Part shown: piece after piece, positions 54,102 to 64,000 of the stretch | How positions within the stretch are numbered: the first letter of the stretch is position 1 | How the letters are laid out: each line of letters starts with the position of its first letter | DNA from: Eledone cirrhosa | Lineage: Eukaryota | Length of the DNA: 64,000 nt | Reading direction: 5' to 3' | NCBI GenBank assembly: GCA_964016885.1 | Contig: OZ024756.1 | Span: forward strand, 43,896,001-43,960,000 | The notes under the pieces: generated by a model | The model's input: the letters and a program-made list of their open reading frames with translations, nothing else | What the model was told of the DNA's origin: nothing | The model's database searches: none | Translations under genes and position numbers: made by a program

Positions 54102-54188
54102 ACCTTTACCGAATCGGTTTCGAGTCTCAAAAATAAATGGAAAGTCCTTGCGGGCTTCCATTGAAAAGATAAACTCTTGTCAGAAGGT
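54102..54188 (-). ncRNA. Type I hammerhead with G8>A (likely CpG decay)
   Basis: ACCTT CTGACAA GAGT..ACTC GAAAC CGATTCG GTA AAGGT. Confidence 0.6.
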
Positions 54189-55149
54189 TCTTTTCACTCG
54201 GAGAATATAAAATTCCCGAGTTCAAATTACGAACTGGCGCTATTCAAAATTGTTCCTGAGATGAGAATGAATGATGTGGAAGCAATTCTGTCCAGTGCCG
54301 TGTGTAAAGATAGAAGCAGAAGCAGGGAGGTCAGTCTACTACCACTATAAATAGCAGTAGTCAAAATGACCAGATTTCATCTCGATATATATATATATAG
54401 ATTGTGGGTGTTTATTTTCTAATTTCTGAGTACAAAGTGGACACACAGACACAGACAACGTCCATTTTCTACCTGCAGGTGTGAGCCTCGCGAGCTGGAA
54501 TGGCTTTTCCAGCACGTCTCCCTCACCATCCTCTGGGGAAACACCTTCTCTATTCTGTCCACTGGGGCCGCAGGGCAGCCAGTGTGTGGGCCCCTATTTG
54601 CTTATAATAGTGAGAGGTGGGGAGAGCAAGAGAGACGGAGGTAGTGAGAGTTTGGTTCCTTTGTGTTCAAACCTGGTGTATATATATGTTTCACTTCCAT
54701 TTTGTGTTGTAGGACAGGGGCTAGTTCTAGGCAGTTTGGTATTAAAAGGTTAAATTTGTTATTTTCTGAATATTATACATAGCAAAACAACAAGATAGTA
54801 TTTAGAAATATGCAAAAAATAAACAGAAACAACAAAGCAAACAACACAGTACAACGAAGAAATATATTAGAAGGAAATTTTTTTTATGTTTCTGACACAA
54901 GTCTTTCATCAGAAGATGGAATAAAAAATAAAAAATGAGATAGAAAAATAGAAAGTGAGAAGAGAAAATAATGGAAAAAATATTTTCTTTAGAAAAAGCA
55001 CGTGTATATTCAGTCAGCCATTTCATAGAAAAATAGCAGCTAAATTCTACCTCAAATAGCACTCTACCAGTTTTAAAAAGGAAGACCATATTGGATAATG
55101 TAGTCCTACATACATTGTCATCATCATCATTTAATGTCTGATGTTGGTG

Positions 55150-55333
55150 ATAATTGTTTCTACTTTTTGGCACAAGGCCAGCAATTACCCAGTGCATTAC
55201 TGGTACTTTATTTTATCGACCCCGTAAGGATGAAAGGCAAAGTTAACCTCGGCGGGATTTGAACTCAGAATGGCAAAGACCGTAACTCTATGCGTCAAAG
55301 CATGGCGTCCGACCCTCTACCGATACTGCCAAT
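55150..55333 (-). mobile_element. SINE family 1, near full length
   Basis: Nearly identical to 41155-41337. Confidence 0.85.
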
Positions 55334-56394
55334 ATGAAGATGATATAATATATCTAAGACTACATCTTTATTGTTCTTATGATCAGGGACTCCGAGGCGG
55401 AGGTACTTCCAACTGAGTGGACTCAGCTAAAGGAACTGAATACAAGGTTGTGGTGTTAAGCCAAGCAACGGATTAAGTCTATCATCCAAAGATTTGCACT
55501 CAAAACACAAAGATCCAAAAGAAATACGACAAAACATCCTCATCCCACGCTCTAACAATTGAGCCAAGTCACCGCTCTCGACCGGTACTATTTTTTATCA
55601 CCTCCGAAAGGATGACTGACAAAGTTAACTTCGGCGGGATTTGAACTTAGCGCGGAGAGAGCCAGACATTATTTTGTCTTATATTGTAACGACTCAGCCA
55701 ATTCGTCTTCTTACAAAGGAAAAAAGGGGGTGGGTGGAGGGAGAAAGAACGAAAAGAAAAACAAAACCTTGAATGATAACACGCGTGATTTTACACCGCT
55801 AAAATATATTTTAGCCGTTTCTGAAGTAACAATACATTTACGTCTCCTAACATATGTTATATATCTTATTCTGGAAAGCGGAGAAATTGTTAAAACATTG
55901 TATAGTTGGAAGAATGAGAGGACGGGATGTTTGGAAACGTCACATAGTCATAATAGAGTGCTGGTGAGGTGTAGCAAGCTGTGCAGGCTTCTGCTCGGCT
56001 TCTACCCACACAACCTGCAGTGAGTCTATATAAAACGTGAAGTTAACACTTTATAACAACAAATATAGTTAAAATCTTACAGAATTTGGTAGCGTGGTGC
56101 TCGGGGTGATTGAGGCAGAAGAGTTCTCAACCAAGGGACTTTACTCTCATACAACTCCCTACAATACTTCTTTGTGTTTGATGTGTTGAAAGATGTCTAA
56201 ATTTGTGAGACTCCCTAAAAACATGTTCAATACCTGTTCTGATATTTTTAACATATTTTTCTCCTCCTCTTTTTAAAAAAAAAAATGTATAACTGCTAAA
56301 TATATTTTTAGTAGAGCGACAATGTAAATAATTTTTTAATAATAATGAAACTTAGCACTATCTCTACACAATAAGGGAGGTAGAACAACAGTAA

Positions 56395-56600
56395 TCGAGA
56401 CAGCCTCGGACAACATGTTTTGTGGTATGTAGTTACGTCTCTTTACGTTCTGAGTTCAAATCACGCCGAGGTTAACTTTACCTTTCATCCTTACGGGGTC
56501 GATAAATAAAGCACCAGTAATGCACTGGGGTCGATTTAATAGATTTTTCGCTTCCCAAAAAAATTGCTGGCCTTGTGCCTATAGTAGAAATAATTATTAT
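56395..56600 (+). mobile_element. SINE family 1
   Basis: B box, core and ATT tail. Confidence 0.8.
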
Positions 56601-58181
56601 AGAAATGTTTTTTACAATGTCGCTCCACCAAGAACTAAGCTTTGGAGTAATCACAGTTAATAAGGTACTCAATACATTAGTAGCGTGTATAGAAACGGCT
56701 TCTACAGGACTAGAATTGTTTCGGTCAAAAGAAATCAGGTAGTTCTTTACGCCTAGACAGAAAGGAGGGTGGAATTGTAAAAAAGAAAATAATAAATAAA
56801 TAAATAAATAAATAAAAACAATAATGATAAACTGAAATTTTGAATAAAAAAATCTGTTTCCAGCATTAGTGTTATTTAAATTCTAAATATACCAGTTATT
56901 GAGCCTGTCTTTAGATTATATTTTCAATACTAATATCTATCTACGTTGTTTCAATCGTCATCAAATGTAACGTAGTGAATAAGGATAATTTCCTAGCCTG
57001 CATCCCTGTTCGGGGCCTTATATGTACAGTACAGACTGTAAATACACATTCTAAAGTAACGTTAATTGTCTGTGAAATTATAATCTTATTAAAAAAAGTG
57101 GAAGAGGCTATTTTGCCGGTCAATATTTTTATTATGAAGGCAGGTAGTGTTAAAAATAACAACACACAGATTTAACAATTTATTTTCACCACCAATTGTT
57201 AAGACAATTTATAATCTAACCCTAACACTATTTATATTTACCGGCAAAATACCCTGGGAGTCTATTTTACCGGGACCAGCAAAATAACCTTTACGATAAA
57301 AAATCAAAAAAATCGCACCAAGGAGACGGTAAGTTAATGAGTTCAGTTATGAAGTAAGGGAGGTAACTCAAATACTCGCCACCCGTGGCAGAGCTGCGAG
57401 AGTATTGGCTTGTCTCAAATTGTTTAACTCTTGTGGTGTGTGCCGAGCACTTGATGGTAGTTTTTGCTCCACACTATTTTTTTCTCTCTCTTTTATGCGT
57501 TTAAATTGGTTTATCAACAACATTATATTTGCAATATTATTCTGAACGAATTGCGAGCAATTTATAATGTTATTTATGTCTATATTTAAAATTATTTATC
57601 CAAATGTGAATAAAAAAAAAAAATAAACCAACTCCAAGGAAATTAGTGATGGTTTATGTTGGCAAAAATAACAAATGGGACAGATTAATAGATAATATAT
57701 TCCTAAAAAGAAATAAGATATTTATTATTATTATTATTATTATTACATCCGTTTCGGAATAATTTTCGACAGTTGTGAAAAAAAACAACATATATTTCGT
57801 CGTTAAAATTCTAACCAAAGCTATAGCTATCAACTAAGGATCTTTAAAGTTAACCAGAAATAACGAGAGGTGAGTTATGACTGATCTATCGATCTGGAGA
57901 GAATATCTGAAGCTAACAACAATTAATTACGAAAGAGGGAAGCTAAAACAAATTCCCCGGAAATCAACTGGTGGCAGAGTTAGAAACTAAGGGCAAGTAA
58001 CTGCTGAAGACTAATTTATTTATTACTAATTTGTATTGGTTTAGTTTCTGTCGTCTTCTACCTTGTATATAGTTGTCATCAGATATCTCCAGTGTTTAGT
58101 GTATATTTGGTTAACTGCTGCCAAACACAGAAGTACTGTATTATTTACACATACACACTCACTAAAACAAAAGAGAAAGAA

Positions 58182-60455
58182 ATGAACAGAATATTTATTT
58201 CCGTATTAATCTTATCGCTAGTGATCGTAATAATATCAAGCTTTAGTTCTGCTGAAAATCTCTATGATATCCTCGGAGTAAACAGACATGCGAGCAACCA
58301 GGACATCAGGAAGGCTTATAAATATTTGGTGAAGATATGGCACCCGGAGAAAAACAGTGATCCGTCTGCTGTTGTTAAATTTACCAAAATTAATGAAGCA
58401 TATCAAACGTTAGGTGATCCGGAACGGCGGTCGGTCTATGATCAACATGGTTACACAGCATCGCATGACAATCAGCTGACCAAGAACTACCCAAGGTATT
58501 TTAAATCGGGGCCGTCAGGCTCTCGTGTTTTTAATTTTGGACTCGAATCAATTTTTGATAAACACATGATAACCCAGCATTTCTTCGATGTCCGTATGGT
58601 CCCAGAAAGCTACAGAAGACCTTATTTTCTTTATGCATATGACGACACTTGTCACAGCTGTCGACAAATCGAACCTTTGATCGAAAGATTTATCAAAGAG
58701 CTAGAACAACTTGGCATTGGGATCGGAACTATCCATGTGACATCGAACCGTGTCCTGGGTAGTAACTTACGTATCCATGAAATACCCCAGATGATGGCTG
58801 TAGTTAATGGTCGGATAACCTACTTCAACGGCCAGGTTACTAAGCAAGCACTTCGCGACTTCGTTCGAAACCTCTTTGAACCAGCGAAAACCTTAAAAAT
58901 ATTGAACGATAATAACTTTAAAGATTTCCTACTCGGGTGGTCTGATAACCGGATGAGAGCTTTGTTTTTCACTCCTAAAGAAAAACCGCCGTTGAAGTTC
59001 TTAATATCGGCTTTCGCCCACCGTGAGAAAATCGCATCTGGTTATATCAACACCCGGAACCCTAATGTTTTAGGGATATTGTCTCGTTTTAATGTAAACA
59101 AAGCTAAAGAAAGCTTATTGATGGTTGGCGAGGACAGTAACACAAGTGTTGCAATAGTCACGATGAATACTTTGTCTTCGGATAGCATCAATGAAGTGAT
59201 GGATGCTAACCAATACCTAACTTTACCTCGCCTCTCGTCACAAATATTCTTCGATGAATTGTGTCCTATTGAGATTCGACCTAAACGTCGAAAGCTGTGT
59301 GTGGTTCTAGTCAGCAAAAAGACCGACGAACATAATACGTACCGTTCACAGTTTCGAAACTATGTCCAGCGGGCCCCCAATTTCGAAAACAAGGTGAAGT
59401 TCATGTACCTCTACGAAGAAACACAGCACCGTTTCGTCAGCGCTCTCATGAATGGGAGTCAAACGAAACCAAACCCTTCCACATTGAAGCTGGCCATTCT
59501 ATGGCGCATGGATAAACACCACATGAACTACGAATGGGTAGAACCTGGATGGAGTGGTAACGACATCCATAACCAGTTAACATGTGAAAAACTAGAGAAA
59601 CGTCTAGAACAGCTTTTTGCCAACTCTAATATCCTACTTTACACCGCCACTTTGCCTGACTTCCACAATGAACATACGTTGAGTCTGATGGTAAGAATCA
59701 TTCACAAGTTCTTCGACTGGTTTAATCGTTTATTTATTTATGTTAAACACTACGACTTCATGACCTGGATCAGCATTGTTATTGCTATCCTCTCCGTATT
59801 CTTCGTTGGACTGCTGATGCGTCGGATGCTCAATACAGAGATGGAAAAAGTGATGAAACAGCACCAGAAAATAAAACCTAAGCCACCAAGCATCAGAAGT
59901 AAAAGACTTGCTTTAAAAAGTGCCGACAACACCATCATTCTCTACGAACTCTGTCCCGAAACCTACAATAAACTTGTGACAGATACTGACCCAGGCTTTA
60001 CTATCCTTGTGCTACTGGCAGACGATGAAAAAGATGAAATATTGATCTCCTTCAGGAAACTAATGAAAGAATATTCCCATTCTAATGTACTAACTTTCTC
60101 CTATCTCGATCTCAACAAACATTTGTCATGGTACAGAAATTTACTTGAAGAAAGCATAGACCACAGAGTACAGCTTTCAAACATTAACATTCGCAACTGT
60201 ATTGGTACCGTGCTGGCCATCAATGGTTACCGCCAATACTATTATATCTACCATGCAAAAAGCTCATGTAAGAGTCTACAGCAACTGCCCAACACTGCCA
60301 CAGAGTCAGACAGTGAGAAGGAACCAAATGACACAACTCCAAAAACAATTATAGAAGATGGACTTCTGCAAGGTTTGGACATCTGGCTTTTCAAGTTATT
60401 TGATGGTAAACTGCGTAAGATTCATGTCTCTTATTGGCCTGACTTTGTTTTATAA
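58182..60455 (+). CDS. DNAJC16: DNAJC16/ERdj8-like protein (signal peptide, J domain, thioredoxin-like domains, TM); uninterrupted CDS
   Basis: LYDILGV..IRKAYK..WHPEKN; CHSC; LPRLSSQ..FDELCP..RKLCV; TM WISIVIAILSVFFVGLLM; VLAING. Confidence 0.88.
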   Translation: MNRIFISVLILSLVIVIISSFSSAENLYDILGVNRHASNQDIRKAYKYLVKIWHPEKNSDPSAVVKFTKINEAYQTLGDPERRSVYDQHGYTASHDNQLTKNYPRYFKSGPSGSRVFNFGLESIFDKHMITQHFFDVRMVPESYRRPYFLYAYDDTCHSCRQIEPLIERFIKELEQLGIGIGTIHVTSNRVLGSNLRIHEIPQMMAVVNGRITYFNGQVTKQALRDFVRNLFEPAKTLKILNDNNFKDFLLGWSDNRMRALFFTPKEKPPLKFLISAFAHREKIASGYINTRNPNVLGILSRFNVNKAKESLLMVGEDSNTSVAIVTMNTLSSDSINEVMDANQYLTLPRLSSQIFFDELCPIEIRPKRRKLCVVLVSKKTDEHNTYRSQFRNYVQRAPNFENKVKFMYLYEETQHRFVSALMNGSQTKPNPSTLKLAILWRMDKHHMNYEWVEPGWSGNDIHNQLTCEKLEKRLEQLFANSNILLYTATLPDFHNEHTLSLMVRIIHKFFDWFNRLFIYVKHYDFMTWISIVIAILSVFFVGLLMRRMLNTEMEKVMKQHQKIKPKPPSIRSKRLALKSADNTIILYELCPETYNKLVTDTDPGFTILVLLADDEKDEILISFRKLMKEYSHSNVLTFSYLDLNKHLSWYRNLLEESIDHRVQLSNINIRNCIGTVLAINGYRQYYYIYHAKSSCKSLQQLPNTATESDSEKEPNDTTPKTIIEDGLLQGLDIWLFKLFDGKLRKIHVSYWPDFVL

Positions 60456-61748
60456 TCAACCATTGACACATTTCTACCACATCTAGTCATATTCCATGTT
60501 TAACAAAGATGAATACTTTCCTTTGATCTGAAACACACACTGGTGGATCTGCCTTCATATCTAATTCAATCTTATCCTATCACACAAAAGTATTAACTTT
60601 TATATTTACTACTGAAATTCATTCATACTTTTATATATATATATATGTGTGTGTGTGTGTATATATATATGTGTGTGTATCTGTATATATATATATGTAT
60701 ATATGTGTGTGCACATATAAACATTTCCTTAAGGGCAGAGGAACTCAAGAGAGTCAACAGCCAACAAATAGAGATTTTTTTTGTGGAGTGAGAGTCTCCT
60801 ACTCTTCATTTAGACATCTCTCTAGAAGGTCACTCTGATATAAAACCTGTGACTTTGTTTCATCCAATGATGTAGACCAGTTCTTCTTCTTGGGTAAATG
60901 TATTCGATGTTCAGAGAGTGGGATTGGCCCCTTGCAAAGCCTTTCCTCACTTAAAAAAGCTTCAAGCACAGGCGTCGCTTAATATGTGACATTTTTTGCA
61001 ATGCATGGTATTGCTGGCCCTAGCAGGACTAAAAGGCCACGTCTGTGATGCTCATATTTAAGTATCAAGATATGGCATTACTCAAAATCGAGTATGGACC
61101 AGGTTATAATAGCTAAAAGACACACACACATATACATTATTTATTTATTTATATGACTATTTAAATTAAATTTACCATGTATACTTGAAAAGCTGAGGAA
61201 TATATGAGCAAAAACAATGGTAAAACGGGAGTCTGACTTATATAGACCATCTAAATAATGTGTTGATCAGCTGCCTTGGTTTATAAACAGGGTTTCGATT
61301 TCTGCCTATTTCTCAGACATAAAATTGTGGGGTCAGCTTATATTCGAGTATATATGATATATGGGGAATTATTTATTTAACAAAATATTTATTGAAAGTT
61401 TTGATGCTAATTTATATTTAAATCACATTAACCTCTCACCACAACCACCACTACTAACACTACATGTGTGGATGTGTGTCAATTAATTGATCTACTATTG
61501 TCTCATCATTGTACAATCTAATAACTTTAAATTTTTGGTTAATTTAACCAAATATTTGGAATTTTAAACTGATACCCCCTCCCTCCTCTCCCACTCTTTA
61601 ATGAATTTTTGTCTCAAAACTTTCTGCAAGGGTTTGCTACACACACAGGAGTGTTTACATGCCTCAAATTCAACATACTTACACGTGTTGTGTGTGTATA
61701 TATATATTTACATATGCATGACTATAACACACAAACTCATACCCACAG

Positions 61749-61801
<53 letters not shown>

Positions 61802-62639
61802 AAAATAAAGATGTCAATACTCTACTAACATATTTCATATCTTTTTAACTCTGGTCATCCCCCGATATCCATCAGGAATTCACCCAAATAAACAACAGAT
61901 TTCTACAGATTCCATCTTCACATCACAAAACATTAGTCAACCTGTGGCTATAAAGAAGAGACTTGTTCAAGGTGTCACACAGCTGGTCTGAACTCTGGGA
62001 CTAAATGGTTGCAAAGCGAACTCATTAACCTAAGTTACTGAACATTCAGCTTTGCATTCTGATCTCTCTAGTCTAAAATGAAGGCCAGCAGATGTCTCTG
62101 TTGTTGAATCACCATAATTTAACGATTTCCCTGTTAGATCAATTACTGAAAATATTTATTAAACCTTCGTTCATCTCTTTCTTCCTGAAACAAGTTTAAG
62201 ATAAATGAAATGTCTTAAATTTCTTCATCTTATCTATCTATTATTATATAAGTACACACATTACACACACACACACACACATACACATATATATATATAT
62301 ATGACATATACATTACACACACATATATGTATATATAACATATACATAACACATAGATTATATACATATATATGTATGCGTGTCCACTAGTTAAATATGT
62401 GGTGTAGCATTCTATGAAACAGTGTTAACTGCGAAACCTCCCCCATTCACTGACCCAATGTTTAAAAAAAAATAAAAAAATAGAAAAATAAATGGAGGTT
62501 TGTGTTTGTTTCCTTTTTTTTTTTTCAGAATGAATATGATGCAAATATTGAATGTTTGAATTTATATTTTACATTTGTTAAAGAATTAAAAAAATACTGA
62601 ATCTCCTGTTCAGTTTCCTTTTAGTGTTTTCTTCTTCTT

Positions 62640-63070
62640 CACCCAGGGGAGAGTCATGGGGGCAGAGTCCTTAAGAAGTTCTTCCAGCAGATCCTGTCAG
62701 AAGCAAACATCTCCAATTGATCCAACTGGATCAGCAAGCAAGACCAACAGAGCTCATAGATGTTATGCAACTGGCTCAAGGTCTAACTCTGGCTCTCCTG
62801 CCAGTTGATTTTTGCTCGTAAAATCTGTCCAGCAGTTCTTTCCTGGGGCATTCTAACCACATGTCTATAATATCACAGATGTGATCTCTCAATTCGGAGT
62901 GAGAAAGGTAAAACCCCATCCGCGGTGCCAAGCAGTTTCAGCTTGTGTTTCCAGAAAGCCTTTTCAAAGTGTACACCCTCAAAAGGGCTCGCTGAACACA
63001 CAAGCTGAATCTTGCAGTCAGGATTTTACTTTTCTCTCTACCCACACTGCATCTCCCCATGGTTAGGGGT
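62640..63070 (-). mobile_element. RTE-like LINE 3' fragment
   Basis: RHVVRMPQER...TGRRARVRP-like reading resembles GHVxRM..GRP; (GAA)n-like tail. Confidence 0.5.
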
Positions 63071-63140
63071 CTCCTCGGTCTCAGCACCGTAGACTCTCTC
63101 TCTCTCTCTCTCTATGTATATATATATATATATATATATA

Positions 63141-63581
63141 GCATTTTTCACTTTTAATTGCTTCTGTTCTCTGGTATAGGTCCATAAGTGTGAGGAATGT
63201 GATTCCAGGAAATTCATTAGTGCTAAGCATGGTAAATGTGTTCACAGCACCAGTAACACCATAAGCAAGCACTGAAAAATTGTAGCCCTTCAGCAGTCCA
63301 AGTATTACTTTACTTGTGTCTTCGTATATATCAACATTCAAAGAATTTGGACCAAACACACAATCAAATGCAAAACTTCAATTTTTGTGCTGTCGTGTAA
63401 TATCCCCTCACACACATTTCGAAGTTGGCATACCATTTATCTCACATTTGTCATTGGCAGGATCAAATACCAGAAGACGGTCATTTCTGGGTCCAACTAC
63501 TCTTGTAGATGCATTGTCAGCTTCATCTGAAGATAATGGTCGAATACAAATGACCACTTTTTCACCTGTATTATTTGACAT
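63141..63581 (-). pseudogene. Kinesin-8 (KIF18-like) motor N-terminal pseudogene fragment
   Basis: KVVICIRP..LLVFDP..FAFDCVF..GYNFSVLAYGVTGAVNTFTML; two in-frame TGA stops and a broken P-loop. Confidence 0.8.
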
Positions 63582-64000
63582 GGTTGTTACCTTGATTGGA
63601 GATTCACTTTCTAGCTAATGGGCAATTATCAGTGTGTAAGGAATCATGTTTATTCATTACCATGCTGTTAATTATATATATATATATATATTGTGTAGGT
63701 GTCATGATAAAAAGTACCCAGCCCATACTGTGAAGTGGTCATGTAAAAGACAGCAAAAAGCTCCCAGCATGCACTGCAAATGTGGTTGGCCTTAGGAAGG
63801 GCATCCAGCCAGAAACTCTCCTATATGAGCGAGACAGGTCACCCGACCCAACTTGCCTCTAAATGAGACAAACCTGTTTAACCCATGCTAGCGTTCTTTG
63901 ACCTCTGTTACTGGTAGCAGTACTACGCTCTCAACCGGCAAGATCAACCAAACACATTTTGGCCATATAGACAGACTTAACTAAATTTGCTGTATGGTCA

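Overview
This is AT-rich, microsatellite-dense eukaryotic DNA. The SINEs and repeat make-up suggest a cephalopod such as Octopus, which is an inference. Most ORF-track entries are microsatellite artefacts. Host genes are: (1) a spliced + strand type I membrane protein gene (signal peptide, discoidin/F5-8C-like domain, 2 TSP1 repeats, TM; ~28884-35610); (2) a 6-finger C2H2 gene (-); (3) a DNAJC16 homolog with an uninterrupted CDS and HPE instead of HPD (+); (4) a kinesin-8/KIF18-like pseudogene fragment (-). Mobile DNA includes a full-length L1/Tx1-type LINE and a truncated relative, both sitting in (ATT)n tracts, about 20 tRNA-derived SINE copies, MITEs and decayed RT fragments. The main hidden signal is about a dozen type I hammerhead-ribozyme motifs from several dissimilar short non-coding repeat families. 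These mostly abut (TA)n tracts and often form fold-back palindromes that turn at or next to the ribozyme helices (Penelope-like pLTR or retrozyme-like). One family carries a U3-A8 core covariant. A second notable signal is an in-frame 12 x 39-nt array of GT...AG units that starts exactly at an exon donor. All structures were read by eye and no folding or database search was run.
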